64,000 nucleotides of DNA from a bacterium (GTDB taxonomy: Bacteria > UBA8248). Below the pieces are notes generated by a model. The model worked only from the letters and a program-made list of their open reading frames with translations. It made no database searches and was not told the DNA's origin. A program made the position numbers and the translations under genes. Below are positions 49,254 through 59,319 of this stretch, piece by piece (position 1 is the first letter of the stretch; each line of letters starts with the position of its first letter). Location: positions 160,001-224,000 of the forward strand of contig CBDBZY010000003.1 in assembly GCA_965213685.1 (NCBI GenBank). Direction: 5' to 3'.

Positions 49254-50900
49254 ATGCGGAATCTCTCCTGCGACGTCCTGGTTCTGGGAGGCGGTCCCGC
49301 CGCCATGACGGCGCTCCTCGCCGCGATGGAGAGCGGGGCGGACGCGCTTTTGGTCTGCAAGCAATCCCCGGGGAATTCCGGCAACATCGTCCTGGCCCGC
49401 GCCGGGCATTCCGCCAATTTCGATCCCTCCGACAGCGCGGCTCTTTTCTTGGAAGACACCTTGACGGGCGGTGCGCATCTCAATCACCCGGAGGTCGCCC
49501 GCGCCATGTGCGCGGATTCCGCCGCGCGCATTCGCGACCTCTACGCCTGGGGGGTTCCCTTCATCACGCGCGCGGATGGCGCGTTCGACCTCCATCCCCA
49601 GGGCGGGCACAGAAAGGACCGCGGAATTTACCCGATCAGGAACTGGGGCGTGGAGGTGGCGAGGCCGTTGCGCAGGAAGCTGGACGCGGAGGCGGCCCGC
49701 ATTCTGGAAAACGTCATGACCGTGGATTTCATCGTGGACGATGGGGATTCTTGCGCGGGGGTGGTCGGCTTTCATACGAGGAGCGCAGAGGCGTACGCCA
49801 TACGCGCCCGCGCCACCGTGCTGGCCACCGGGGGTGCGGGGCAGATGTTCGCGGAGAATACGAACGCGGGCGGCATCACGGGGGATGGCTTTGGCATGGC
49901 GCTCCGGGCCGGCCTCGCGCTCTCCGACATGGAGTTCGTGCAGTTCTACCCGGCCGTCATCAAGCGGCCCGAGAGCAACATGGTGGTCGCGCCCACGCTG
50001 TTTCCGCTCGGCGCCCGGTTCCTGAATCGGGACGGGGACGACATACTGCGAGACGTGCCCGGGGGCGGCGACGCCACGCGCGACCTCATGGCCAGAGCGG
50101 TGTACCTGGAAATCATGCGGGGCGGCGGGGTGGACGGCGCCGTGCGGATGGACTTGTCCCGCATCCCGATGGAGGATTTGAGGCATTTCGCGCCCGACAA
50201 TCTCAAACTGCTGGAGCGGAGGGGCGTTTCGCCCCACGGCGACGGCATCTACGTTTCCCCGAAGGCGCATTTTTTCATGGGAGGGGTTCCCATTGACGGA
50301 AGTGGGGCCACGGGGATGCCGGGCCTGTTCGCGGCGGGCGAGGTGAGCGCGGGCGCGCACGGGGCGAACCGGCTGTCCAACAATGCGTTCACCGAGGCCT
50401 ATACGCTGGGCTGGCGCGCGGGGAAATCCGCGGCCGCGCACGCCCGGCTGGCGCGCGGTGCGGGGGTGAACCCCTCGGTGGTGGAGCGGCACGCAGACGC
50501 GCTGCGCACCCGCGCCGGAAGGCCGAATCGCGCGGCTGGCGCGCGGCGGGAAATCCAGAGGGTCTGCTGGGAGAACGCGGGCATCGCGCGCGAGGGGAAA
50601 TCGCTCGAAGAAGCGAGTAGCAGACTCGGGGAGCTGCAGCGGGATTTGACGACGTGCGGCGGAAGCGAACCCGCCCGCCTGCTGGAGGCTCTGGAGGCGG
50701 AAAACCTTTGCTTGGGCGCACGGGCGGTCGTGGAGGCGGCGCTCCGCAGAACCGAGAGCCGGGGTGCGCACTTCCGCCTGGATCATCCAGGCGCGGACGA
50801 TGGAAACTGGCGCCGGAACCTGTTCGTCAAAATGGGCGCCGGCGCGTCCTTCCTCGCACAGAAGCAGCCGGTGGGCTCCCACGTGTGGATGGAGAGGTAG
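49254..50900 (+). CDS. FAD-dependent oxidoreductase of the SdhA/FrdA/NadB family
   Basis: VLGGGPA, GGH, LATGG, MEFVQFYP, TRD, HFFMGG, HGANRL, RTESRGAHFRLD. Confidence 0.88.
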   Translation: MRNLSCDVLVLGGGPAAMTALLAAMESGADALLVCKQSPGNSGNIVLARAGHSANFDPSDSAALFLEDTLTGGAHLNHPEVARAMCADSAARIRDLYAWGVPFITRADGAFDLHPQGGHRKDRGIYPIRNWGVEVARPLRRKLDAEAARILENVMTVDFIVDDGDSCAGVVGFHTRSAEAYAIRARATVLATGGAGQMFAENTNAGGITGDGFGMALRAGLALSDMEFVQFYPAVIKRPESNMVVAPTLFPLGARFLNRDGDDILRDVPGGGDATRDLMARAVYLEIMRGGGVDGAVRMDLSRIPMEDLRHFAPDNLKLLERRGVSPHGDGIYVSPKAHFFMGGVPIDGSGATGMPGLFAAGEVSAGAHGANRLSNNAFTEAYTLGWRAGKSAAAHARLARGAGVNPSVVERHADALRTRAGRPNRAAGARREIQRVCWENAGIAREGKSLEEASSRLGELQRDLTTCGGSEPARLLEALEAENLCLGARAVVEAALRRTESRGAHFRLDHPGADDGNWRRNLFVKMGAGASFLAQKQPVGSHVWMER

Positions 50901-51008
50901 TCGGCCCGCACCGCCGCGCTCGTCGCTTCGCACCGCAAGGGTGGGGGAGCGGGAGGCCGGCGGGGTTTTGTCCCGTTCCGGGCGCCGGATTTCGCCCGGC
51001 GGGACGGC

Positions 51009-52034
51009 CTAGACCTGATACGCCCGATGAACGGCCCGGCTCGCGCCGTTCCAGCCGGGCATCACGGCGCCTAGGGGCCCCTTTCCGCCCGCGACGAATA
51101 TGTGCAGGTCCTCCGGTTCGTTGATCGCCCGGATGAAGAAATCATCGTCTTCCCGATCCACGGGGTACGTCCACCGGCCGTTGGGCTTGTCCTCCCGCCA
51201 GGGGCCTCCCCGCTTGAGCTCGCCCACCGTGCGTCCGGCGTTTTCGCAGACGTAGGCGTGCACGTCCGCGCGGGAGAAGCCGGCCTCCGCGCACAGGCGG
51301 GCATGTTCGGGGGAGATGGCGAGCGCCACGTCCGAGCGCACCCAGATGGGCCAGGAGCCCATCGCCGCCATGTTGTCCATGTGGGGGACGAGGAGCCGTT
51401 TCGGGTCCCGGTCCACGTCGTTGAAGATGATGTGCGGGTTCTCCACCATGACGGCGGTGATGACGTCCTCGTCGGCGGAGTAGCCCCGCGAGACGGCGAG
51501 CGACTCCCAGGGGCTTTCCTCCTCGTTTTCCGCGACGCAGAACGTGAAGCGCGAGGGCTGGCTGAAGACGCTCATGGAGGCCACGCGCGCGACGCCGCCC
51601 CCCAGGTTGAGCAGCAGCAGGCGGATGGCGCGGCCGATGGTCGCGTTCGCGCGAAAGCCGGGGCCGAAGCAGCCCTGGCCGCCCGTGACGCCGATGCGCC
51701 TTGCGTAGGGGCCGTTGAGGATGAGCAAGGGGGCGACGCTGTGCATGGTGGCCTGCACGCCGCTCAGGTTCAGCGGCTCCTCCAGCAGGAGCTCCAGGCC
51801 GGCGATGACGACGGGCAGGTATTCCGGCTTGCACCCCGCCATGACGGCGTGGGCGGCGATGTTGCGCACGGTGGCCACCTCTCCCAGGGGAGGAACGGGG
51901 CCTATCGCTTCGTGGGCGGATTTCCGCGTCCCCGCCAGCATGCGGTCGATGCGCTCCCCGGTGGGCGTGACCACGGGGAGGCCGTCGGACCAGGGCTTTT
52001 CGAGAAAATACTCGAATTCATCCACTTCGTTCAT
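51009..52034 (-). CDS. Conserved hypothetical protein of the type found with UGSC-family (seleno)proteins
   Basis: WSDGLPVVTPT, AVMAGCKPEY, ILNGP, RANATIGRA, AENEEESPW motifs; family association recalled from memory, not searched. Confidence 0.65.
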   Translation of the reverse strand: MNEVDEFEYFLEKPWSDGLPVVTPTGERIDRMLAGTRKSAHEAIGPVPPLGEVATVRNIAAHAVMAGCKPEYLPVVIAGLELLLEEPLNLSGVQATMHSVAPLLILNGPYARRIGVTGGQGCFGPGFRANATIGRAIRLLLLNLGGGVARVASMSVFSQPSRFTFCVAENEEESPWESLAVSRGYSADEDVITAVMVENPHIIFNDVDRDPKRLLVPHMDNMAAMGSWPIWVRSDVALAISPEHARLCAEAGFSRADVHAYVCENAGRTVGELKRGGPWREDKPNGRWTYPVDREDDDFFIRAINEPEDLHIFVAGGKGPLGAVMPGWNGASRAVHRAYQV

Positions 52035-52223
52035 GGAGGCGGCACTCCCTGGCGGGTCCTCGATTTTGTTTGCGCCCGCGCGTCTTCGCCCTCTCCCGGC
52101 AGTTCGCCGCAAGGGACGCCTCGCACCAGCCGCCGCCGACGCGGCGACCACGCGGCACCCTCCGCGCGCCATCGTATCACGCCTCCAATCTCCGCCGCCA
52201 CGAGTTGCGCGCGCGGCCGGGCG

Positions 52224-52619
52224 TCATGGGGCGGATGACGCCCTCTTCCTGTCGATGGCGTTTTTGGCCGCCTGAAGCGCGTGGTTCGTTTTGGGGAATC
52301 CGATATAGGGACACAAGGAGACGATGGCCTCCACCAGCTCCTCGGGCGTCGTCCCCTGGTTCAGCAACCCCTCGGCGTGAATCTCCACTTCGCCCGGAAG
52401 GTCCTGGGCCGCCGCCGCCGCGACGATGAGCATCTCGCGCGTTCGGTGGTCGAGCAGCGGCTGGTTCCAGCAGGTGCCGAAGCAATACTCCACGATGGCG
52501 CGGGTATGCACCGGGGAGAGTTCCTGCATTTCCGTGAACGTGCCCGCAAGGCCGTCCTCTCCGTAAATGCCCAGGGATTTTCTGATTTCCAGACCTTTTT
52601 CATATCGTTTCCCGTCCAT
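52224..52619 (-). CDS. Carboxymuconolactone decarboxylase family protein (no CxxC)
   Basis: YEKGLEIR, FG..W....LD.RTRE, H....LNQG.T.EEL.E....PYIGFP. Confidence 0.85.
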   Translation of the reverse strand: MDGKRYEKGLEIRKSLGIYGEDGLAGTFTEMQELSPVHTRAIVEYCFGTCWNQPLLDHRTREMLIVAAAAAQDLPGEVEIHAEGLLNQGTTPEELVEAIVSLCPYIGFPKTNHALQAAKNAIDRKRASSAP

Positions 52620-52715
52620 GAAATTCTCCTTTCTCGGCACAGGGCGGATTTTTGCTCGGGTCGGGCCAATGACGTCGAGGCGTCCGGGGTGCCGGGCGGG
52701 GAGCGTTCTCCCTCC

Positions 52716-53114
52716 TCAGCCGCCCTCGCCTTCCGTCTCGCCGGGGCGGGTGAGGATGAAGTAGATGACGCACGCGCAGATGGCGGCGAGCAGGAGTTTC
52801 GCGTATGTCGGCGCCTCGACGAGAAAAAGGGACGTTCCGCCCAGGCTGACGATGAGGAGGGCGGAGGTCCATTTGACCCTGGGGCGGATGACGCCGTGTT
52901 TTTGCCAGTTCGATATCAGGGAGCCGTAGTATTTGTGGCGCAGCAGCCATTGGTGGAGTTTTCGAGAGCTTTTGGAGAAGGCGAAGGCGGCCACGAGCAC
53001 GAACGGGGTGGTGGGAAGAAGCGGCAGAAAGACGCCGATGCACCCCAGCGCCAGGGCGATGAAGCCGAGCGCCAAAAAGAAGGGACGGGATATTTTCTGC
53101 CGCATGATGGTCAT
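52716..53114 (-). CDS. ybaN: YbaN/DUF454 family inner membrane protein
   Basis: GVFLPLLPTTPFVLVAAFAFSKSS..LHQWL. Confidence 0.85.
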   Translation of the reverse strand: MTIMRQKISRPFFLALGFIALALGCIGVFLPLLPTTPFVLVAAFAFSKSSRKLHQWLLRHKYYGSLISNWQKHGVIRPRVKWTSALLIVSLGGTSLFLVEAPTYAKLLLAAICACVIYFILTRPGETEGEGG

Positions 53115-53255
53115 TCCACAAGACGGCGCGCATGGCGGAGCGTCCTGAATCTTCCCCCGAACCGGCGTTTCTCACAACGCCCGCTCCGCTTTCGCGCGCT
53201 GATGTATTAGGATGGGGGACGTGCGACCCTTCTCCCGAACCCCTCTGGAGCCGAC

Positions 53256-54962
53256 ATGTCGATTCAGGAAAAAGTCGAGGCCGATTCGTTGTGGAAGCAT
53301 CTGGAGGGCATATGCCAATGGGAGAGATATACGGGAACCGAGGGCGAGAACGCGGCGGTTCGCTATATCGAGGCGGAGCTCTCGAAACGGGGAATCGACG
53401 TCGCCGTTCACGAGTTTGAATCCCTCATCAGCATACCGGGGGAGGCCTCCCTCCACGTCCTGGGCGCGGGCGGCGGGCGCATTCCCGCCATCACCGCCGT
53501 TTTCGGCGCGTCCACGGGCGCGGCCGGCGTGAGCGGAGACGCGGTCTACGTGGGGGAGGCGGCGCAACCCCATACCCCTTTCACCGACCCGTATTACGCG
53601 GCCGCACCGGAGGGGCGCCCCGTGGCGGGCCGGATCGTCGTGGCGGAGGGCATGGTGAGTCCCGGTCGCTTTTATCACTTCGAGCGGTCGGGCGCCATCG
53701 CCCAGGTCTATGTGAACAGGGGCCTGGCCCATGAGATGACGGTCTCCACCATCTGGGGGGCGCCCACGCCGGAGAGCTTCCCCCGCCTGCCGAAAACCCC
53801 CGTCCTCACCCTCTCGCGCGCGCAAGGCGAGGGCCTCCTCGCGCGCCTGCGCTCGAGGAGGGAGGTCAGGCTCCGCGTTCACGCGAGGACGAACACGGCG
53901 TGGCGGAAAACCCGGATGCCCGTGGCGAGCGTCGCGCCCGGCAATGGCGCGGCGGAATACGTGCTCGTGGGCGGACACATCGACTCCTGGCACGTCGGGG
54001 CGAATGACAACGCGGCGGGCGACGCCACGCTGATGGAGCTGGCGCGTCTCGTCCATGCGCACAGAGGCGAGATGCGGCGCGGGCTGAAGGTCGCCTGGTG
54101 GAATGGGCACTCGCACGGCCGCTTCTCCGGCTCGACCTGGTATGCGGACCACATGTTCCACGAATTGAGGGAAAACTGCGTGGCGTATCTCAACGTCGAT
54201 CAGCCCGGATGCCGGGGGGCGACCCGCTATCGTCCGTTTTGCACGGCGGACATCAGGGACTGGGTGCGCGAGGCGGTGGAGCGTTTCGGCGGCCAGAGCG
54301 TCGCGCCGGACCACCCGCAGAAAATGGCGGACCAGTCCCTGTGGGGGGTGGGGATCCCCTCGTTTTCCTTCCTGCCGGTGCTGCCGCCCGACGCCCCCGA
54401 TCTGCAGAAAGACCATCCGGACAGCGGCTTTCCGGAATACTGGCACCACCCTGCGGATACCCTCGACAAGATGGACAAGGAGTTGTTGGCCGAGCATTGC
54501 CGCCTCTACGCGGGCGCCTTGGAGGAGTTGTGTCGGCTGGAGCGGGTGCCCCTGAACCCGCGCGCGGTGGCGCAGGTTGTGGACGAGGAGGTCGTCCGTC
54601 TCGAGGAATCGGGCGGCGGCGTCGTGGACCTGGGGGATTTGCGCGAGGCGAGCGGGCGCTTTTCTCTCGCGTGCGATGATTGGGACGCGAAGATGGGAGC
54701 CATGGCACCAGCCGAGGCCAACCGGCTTCTCCTCCGCATGAGCCAGGCCGTCAACCCCGTTCTCTACACGCTGGCGGGGCCGTTCGACCATGATCCGGCC
54801 AGCGGCGCGTTCCGGATGCCCGGGCTGCAGTGCGTGAAGCATTACCTGGAGAAAGGGCCCGGCAGCCCGGAGGGGAAGGTCATCTACACGCGCATTCTGC
54901 GGGAGAAGAACCGCGTCGTCTCCGGGCTGAAGGCGGCGAGCGCGCTTGCCGCGTCTTTGTGA
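53256..54962 (+). CDS. M28 family peptidase with PA domain
   Basis: RYTGTEGE, GGHIDSW, GANDNAAG, WNGHSHG, LNVD, WHHPADT. Confidence 0.85.
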   Translation: MSIQEKVEADSLWKHLEGICQWERYTGTEGENAAVRYIEAELSKRGIDVAVHEFESLISIPGEASLHVLGAGGGRIPAITAVFGASTGAAGVSGDAVYVGEAAQPHTPFTDPYYAAAPEGRPVAGRIVVAEGMVSPGRFYHFERSGAIAQVYVNRGLAHEMTVSTIWGAPTPESFPRLPKTPVLTLSRAQGEGLLARLRSRREVRLRVHARTNTAWRKTRMPVASVAPGNGAAEYVLVGGHIDSWHVGANDNAAGDATLMELARLVHAHRGEMRRGLKVAWWNGHSHGRFSGSTWYADHMFHELRENCVAYLNVDQPGCRGATRYRPFCTADIRDWVREAVERFGGQSVAPDHPQKMADQSLWGVGIPSFSFLPVLPPDAPDLQKDHPDSGFPEYWHHPADTLDKMDKELLAEHCRLYAGALEELCRLERVPLNPRAVAQVVDEEVVRLEESGGGVVDLGDLREASGRFSLACDDWDAKMGAMAPAEANRLLLRMSQAVNPVLYTLAGPFDHDPASGAFRMPGLQCVKHYLEKGPGSPEGKVIYTRILREKNRVVSGLKAASALAASL

Positions 54963-54984
54963 GCGGGGCGAACGCCCTTGCGCC

Positions 54985-55914
54985 TCAGCGCACCCGCAGG
55001 ACGATCTTTCCCCGAACGTGTCCCGCCTTGCTCAGCTCCTGGGCCGCCGCCGCGTCGGCCAGCGGCATCTCCCGTATCTGTGGAGGGCGCACTGCGCCTG
55101 CGGCGACGAGCGCGACGATCCTCTCGAGATGCGCCCGATCCCGCCGCACGTCGGGGCGGAGGACGGAGACGTCGTTGCGCGGCGGCCTGAACCCCGCAGG
55201 CCCCGCCGCGATGTGCGCCAGCCGGCCCCCCGGCTTGAGGGCGGAGAAGCTGCGCGCATGCACCCGCCCGCCAACGGTGTCGAAGATGACGTCGCAGGGA
55301 GGGACGATTTTCGTGAAATCGGCCTTTCTGTAGTCGATGGCGTGGTGGGCGCCCAGCTGTTGGACGTATGCGTGGTTGGCCTCGCTTGCCGTGGCGTAGA
55401 CCGTGGCGCCTGCGTGCCGGGCGTATTGCACGGCGAAACTGCCCACGCCCCCCGCGCCCGCGTGGATCAGCGCGATCTCGCCGGCTCGCAGCCTCGCGTC
55501 GTCCTCGAGGGCGGTGAGCGCGGTCAGGCCCGTGATGGCGAGGGCCGCCGCCTCCGCGTGGGAGAGGAAGTCCGGCTTCCGCGCCGCGAGGGATGCGGGT
55601 ATGGCGATGGCCTCCGCGTAGGCACCCTCGCAGCCTTGTTCGTTGACGGCGAACACGGGGTCTCCCGGTTGAAAATCGAGGACGCCCGCCCCCCTCTCCC
55701 GGACGACGCCGGAGAAGTCCCTCCCCAGAATGTGGGGGAAGCGGGCCTTGACGTCCCCTTTGCGGAGTCCTTCGCGCACCTTCCAGTCGGCCGGGTTCAC
55801 GCTCGCCGCGTGAATGTCGACGAGGATTTCCCCCGGCCCCGCCGCAGGGTCGGGGGCGTCTTCATACGCGAGCGTCTCCGGGCCGCCAAAGCCCCTCATC
55901 CGGATGGCTTTCAC
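54985..55914 (-). CDS. NADP-dependent MDR (quinone oxidoreductase-like) oxidoreductase
   Basis: AASVNPADWK, GRDFSG, AGAGGVG, GHVRGKIVL. Confidence 0.9.
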   Translation of the reverse strand: MKAIRMRGFGGPETLAYEDAPDPAAGPGEILVDIHAASVNPADWKVREGLRKGDVKARFPHILGRDFSGVVRERGAGVLDFQPGDPVFAVNEQGCEGAYAEAIAIPASLAARKPDFLSHAEAAALAITGLTALTALEDDARLRAGEIALIHAGAGGVGSFAVQYARHAGATVYATASEANHAYVQQLGAHHAIDYRKADFTKIVPPCDVIFDTVGGRVHARSFSALKPGGRLAHIAAGPAGFRPPRNDVSVLRPDVRRDRAHLERIVALVAAGAVRPPQIREMPLADAAAAQELSKAGHVRGKIVLRVR

Positions 55915-56093
55915 CTCATCCTCCCTCGCGACCGGGGGTGGGGGGAGTTTCTCTCATGCGAGATCCGCGAAAGGCCCCGCGTCCTCCTCCAGCCCCAGAT
56001 GATGGGCGCGTATATGGTTCGACAGGGCGAGTTTTTCCCGGTCGGCGTCCCCCTGGTGCGCGCCGACGCCGCCGTGCGGACGCCGCCGCCCGG

Positions 56094-56570
56094 TCAGCGG
56101 GAGGAGAACAACGCGCTCGCGACTCCCAGCAGATGATAGCGCACGGTCAGCACCAGCGTCTTTTCGACGTAGGGGAGGGGAGCCGCTTTTCGCACCGCCT
56201 CCAGGGAGGCGCGGTCCAGGACGGCGTTGCCGGACGTTCTCTTGATTCTGAGGCCGCCCGGTTTCCCGTCCGGTAGAATTTGAAAGCTGACGGTGGATGC
56301 GCCCTCGACCCCCGCTCTGCGGGCGATGCCCGGGTAGTGCTGGTGGCGTCGGATGCGTCTGACGATCGCGCGGAGGCGCGCGTCCGCACCCGCCCTCTTC
56401 TTCGTGAAAGTGAAGTGGGGCGTCTCCGTGGACGCCGGACGTCCCGGTTTCGCGCTTGCGGGTCCCGCACTCCCGGACGTTTCCGTTTCCTGGGCGTCCG
56501 GCCACGCGGGCGCGACGAGCAGAAAAGCCAGGAGGCAGAACAGCGTTTTGGCGAAAGAGGCGTTTTTCAT
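56094..56570 (-). CDS. TonB family protein (C-terminal TonB domain)
   Basis: N-terminal hydrophobic anchor; YPGIARRAGVEG...SGNAVLDRASLEAV. Confidence 0.8.
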   Translation of the reverse strand: MKNASFAKTLFCLLAFLLVAPAWPDAQETETSGSAGPASAKPGRPASTETPHFTFTKKRAGADARLRAIVRRIRRHQHYPGIARRAGVEGASTVSFQILPDGKPGGLRIKRTSGNAVLDRASLEAVRKAAPLPYVEKTLVLTVRYHLLGVASALFSSR

Positions 56571-57385
56571 GCGCCTTGCTCCTTGCCCTCTAGGCGTGGG
56601 GACTCCTCCCCCATCGCCCGCATGATGAAGTGGCACTCGCCCTCCCCGTCCACCGGGAGAATCCGGGCGCGCACGCCGAACGCTCTTTCGATGACCTCCG
56701 GCGTCAGAACGCTTCGCGCCTCTCCGTGGGTGAGGATTTCTCCCCCATAGACTACAACAAGGTTGTCGCAGTAGCGATGCGCGAGGTTCAGGTCGTGAAC
56801 CGACGCCACGACGGTTCTCCCCTGCCGGGCCTGCGCGCGCAGGATGTCGAGGATGTCGAGGCAATGCCGTATGTCGAGGTTCGCAAAGGGCTCATCGAGC
56901 AGGAGGACGGGCGCCCGGGAGACCAGCGTCCTCGCTATCAGGACGCGCTGCAGCTCTCCGCCGGATAGTTCGCTGATCAGGCGGCTCCGGAGACCGCTGG
57001 CGTCCACGTCGCGCAGCGCCGCCTCCACCGCCGCGTGATCCTCGGGCGTTTCCGGCGAAAAAGGCCTCCCCCAGTGGGGATATCGCCCCATCAGCACCGT
57101 CTCGTCCACGCGGAAGGGAAACGCCGCGCCCTGCCTTTGGGCGAGATAGCCGACGTGGCGGGCCATCTCCTTTCTGCCGAATGAATCGATGGGCTTTCCG
57201 GCCAGCGTGATTCTTCCCGCCCGGATCGGCAACACGCCCGCCAGGGCGCGCAGCAGCGTCGTCTTCCCGGCCCCGTTTGGGCCGATGACGCCCGTGAGCG
57301 CACCCGGAGGAAAATCCATCGACACGTTGCGCAGCACATCGCGCGCACCGAGTGCGACGCGCGCGTTTTCCACTTTCAGCAGCAT
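56567..57385 (-). CDS. btuD: Cobalamin/iron-chelate ABC ATP-binding protein
   Basis: GPNGAGKTT, MGRYPH, LSGGELQR, LLLDEP, HDLNLA; lies in the riboswitch-led operon. Confidence 0.85.
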   Translation of the reverse strand: MLLKVENARVALGARDVLRNVSMDFPPGALTGVIGPNGAGKTTLLRALAGVLPIRAGRITLAGKPIDSFGRKEMARHVGYLAQRQGAAFPFRVDETVLMGRYPHWGRPFSPETPEDHAAVEAALRDVDASGLRSRLISELSGGELQRVLIARTLVSRAPVLLLDEPFANLDIRHCLDILDILRAQARQGRTVVASVHDLNLAHRYCDNLVVVYGGEILTHGEARSVLTPEVIERAFGVRARILPVDGEGECHFIMRAMGEESPRLEGKEQGA

Positions 57386-58419
57386 CAGAACGTCTCCGCC
57401 CCGCGGCGATTTCGGACGATCAGATAGAGGAAAAACGGCCCGCCGACGCTCGACGAGAGAATGCCCAGGCGCATCTCCCCGACGGGCGAGAGCACCCTCG
57501 CGAGCAGGTCCATCCCCATGACGAAGGCGGCCCCCGCGAATACGCTCGCGGGCAGGAGGCGGCGATGGTCCGGCCCCGCCAGCATCCGCACGATGTGCGG
57601 AACGAGCAGGCCTACGAAACCGACGACGCCCGCCACGGCGACGGACGCCCCGGCGGCCGAGGCGGCGATGATCAAAATCCGCCTTTTCGTTCGCGCCGTA
57701 TCCACGCCCAGGGCCATGGCCGACTCCTCTCCCGACATCATCAGGTTCAGCGCGCGCCCCAGGAAGGCGGCGGCGAACGCGGAGGCGGCGAAAAAGGGCG
57801 CGACCAGGATCACGTGCTCCCACGTGCGGTCCGTCAGGCTGCCCATGAGCCAGAACAAAATCTGCCGGCCGACCTCGAAGTCGTTCACGCTGTAGCTCAG
57901 GACGAGCGTCGTCAGCGCACCGGCGATGGAGTTCACCGCCATCCCGCAAAGGATGAGCCCGCCCAGGGGGGTGTGCCCTTTGTGGGTGGCCGCCAGGGAC
58001 ACGCAAAACACGGCGAGCAACGCGCCGCCGAACGCCATGCAGGGAACCGCCCAGATCGAGGCGGCCCCCAGGCCGAGGGCGATGGCCGACGTCGCGCCCA
58101 GCGCACCGCCCGTGCTGATGCCGATCACGCCGGGACTCGCCATCGGGTTGCGGAAAAGGCCCTGGAGCAGCGCGCCCGAGAGGGCGAGCGACGCCCCGAC
58201 GAAAGCGCCCGTCAGCACCCGGGGGATACGGATGTGCCAGATGATGACCCGCGCATGGGCGGGAACGCCGGTTTGCTCCGGGGAGAGCAAGCCCAGTTCC
58301 GTCGCGATGATCTGGAGGATGCTGCGCCCGTCGATGTCCGTGATTCCGACCCGCACCCCGAGTGCGGCGACCAGCGCGGCGATGAAGATCGCCCCCGTCG
58401 TCGTGGCGTATTTGCTCAT
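57385..58419 (-). CDS. btuC: FecCD-type ABC permease (cobalamin)
   Basis: IRIPR, LFRNPMASP, WLMGSL, GFVGLLVPH, GGPFFLY. Confidence 0.88.
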   Translation of the reverse strand: MSKYATTTGAIFIAALVAALGVRVGITDIDGRSILQIIATELGLLSPEQTGVPAHARVIIWHIRIPRVLTGAFVGASLALSGALLQGLFRNPMASPGVIGISTGGALGATSAIALGLGAASIWAVPCMAFGGALLAVFCVSLAATHKGHTPLGGLILCGMAVNSIAGALTTLVLSYSVNDFEVGRQILFWLMGSLTDRTWEHVILVAPFFAASAFAAAFLGRALNLMMSGEESAMALGVDTARTKRRILIIAASAAGASVAVAGVVGFVGLLVPHIVRMLAGPDHRRLLPASVFAGAAFVMGMDLLARVLSPVGEMRLGILSSSVGGPFFLYLIVRNRRGAETF

Positions 58420-59270
58420 GGGTACAGCACTCTCGCCAGATCCGCCAGGCCGCGAACGATGTATTGCGACACGCTCGAGAAACGGGGAGAGGGGATCTCG
58501 ATGATTCTCTTGTCCCGCAGGGGGGCGTAGGCCTCCCGCGCGCGGAGCGTGGACCGGAGGCTTCTCCCCGACATGGGGTTCGCGCCGACCAGGATGACCT
58601 CGGGGTTCCAGGCGATGGCCTGCTCCGCCGATATTCGGCGGGTGCCGCGGACGCCGCGCGCGGCGGCGACGTTCCTGCCCCCCGCCAGGCGAATCATCGC
58701 GTCCAGCGAGGTGTCCCTCCCCGCCGTCCATCCCCCTCCCATGAGGGGGAGGATGCGGGGCGCTCTCGCGCGCGGGGGGATGCGGGAGCGGATGGCGCGA
58801 ATCCGCCCCCGCGCGCGCAGGACGAGATTTCGGGCCTTCTCCTCTTCTCCCACCACGCGCCCCATCTGCAGGATGTTCCCGAAAATATCCTCCACGCCTG
58901 CGAAGGCGGAGAACTGAAAGACCGGAACCCCAGCGGTGCGCAGGTGCTTCAGAAAGCCGGCGCTCGAGTAGGAGGCGACGAACACCATGTCCGGACGCAG
59001 GGAGATGATTTTCTCGGGCGCGCTTCCGATCAGCGGAATGTCGCGAATCCTGTCCGCGATGTTGGAATAGGCGGCGTCTCCGGCCAGCTTGTGAAGCCCG
59101 ACGATCCTCCTCCTGTCCACCAGGTCCATGAGCATCTCCGCGCTCGCGAGCGTCATGGCGATGAGGCGGCCGGGCTTTTGCGCCGCGCGCGCGGACGTCC
59201 CCGGGGCGGGAGCGGAGAGGGCGAGACAGAGGGCGACCGCCCAGAGCGCGCGTTTTCGCTTTCTGTCCAT
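58416..59270 (-). CDS. btuF: Periplasmic binding protein (cobalamin/iron-chelate class)
   Basis: Signal peptide, EKIISLRPD, AGGRN, WNPEVI. Confidence 0.8.
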   Translation of the reverse strand: MDRKRKRALWAVALCLALSAPAPGTSARAAQKPGRLIAMTLASAEMLMDLVDRRRIVGLHKLAGDAAYSNIADRIRDIPLIGSAPEKIISLRPDMVFVASYSSAGFLKHLRTAGVPVFQFSAFAGVEDIFGNILQMGRVVGEEEKARNLVLRARGRIRAIRSRIPPRARAPRILPLMGGGWTAGRDTSLDAMIRLAGGRNVAAARGVRGTRRISAEQAIAWNPEVILVGANPMSGRSLRSTLRAREAYAPLRDKRIIEIPSPRFSSVSQYIVRGLADLARVLYP

Positions 59271-59319
59271 CCGCGTCCGATTCTCCTTGCGCGCGCCATG
59301 TTTCCGGCGGGCCGGCCCC

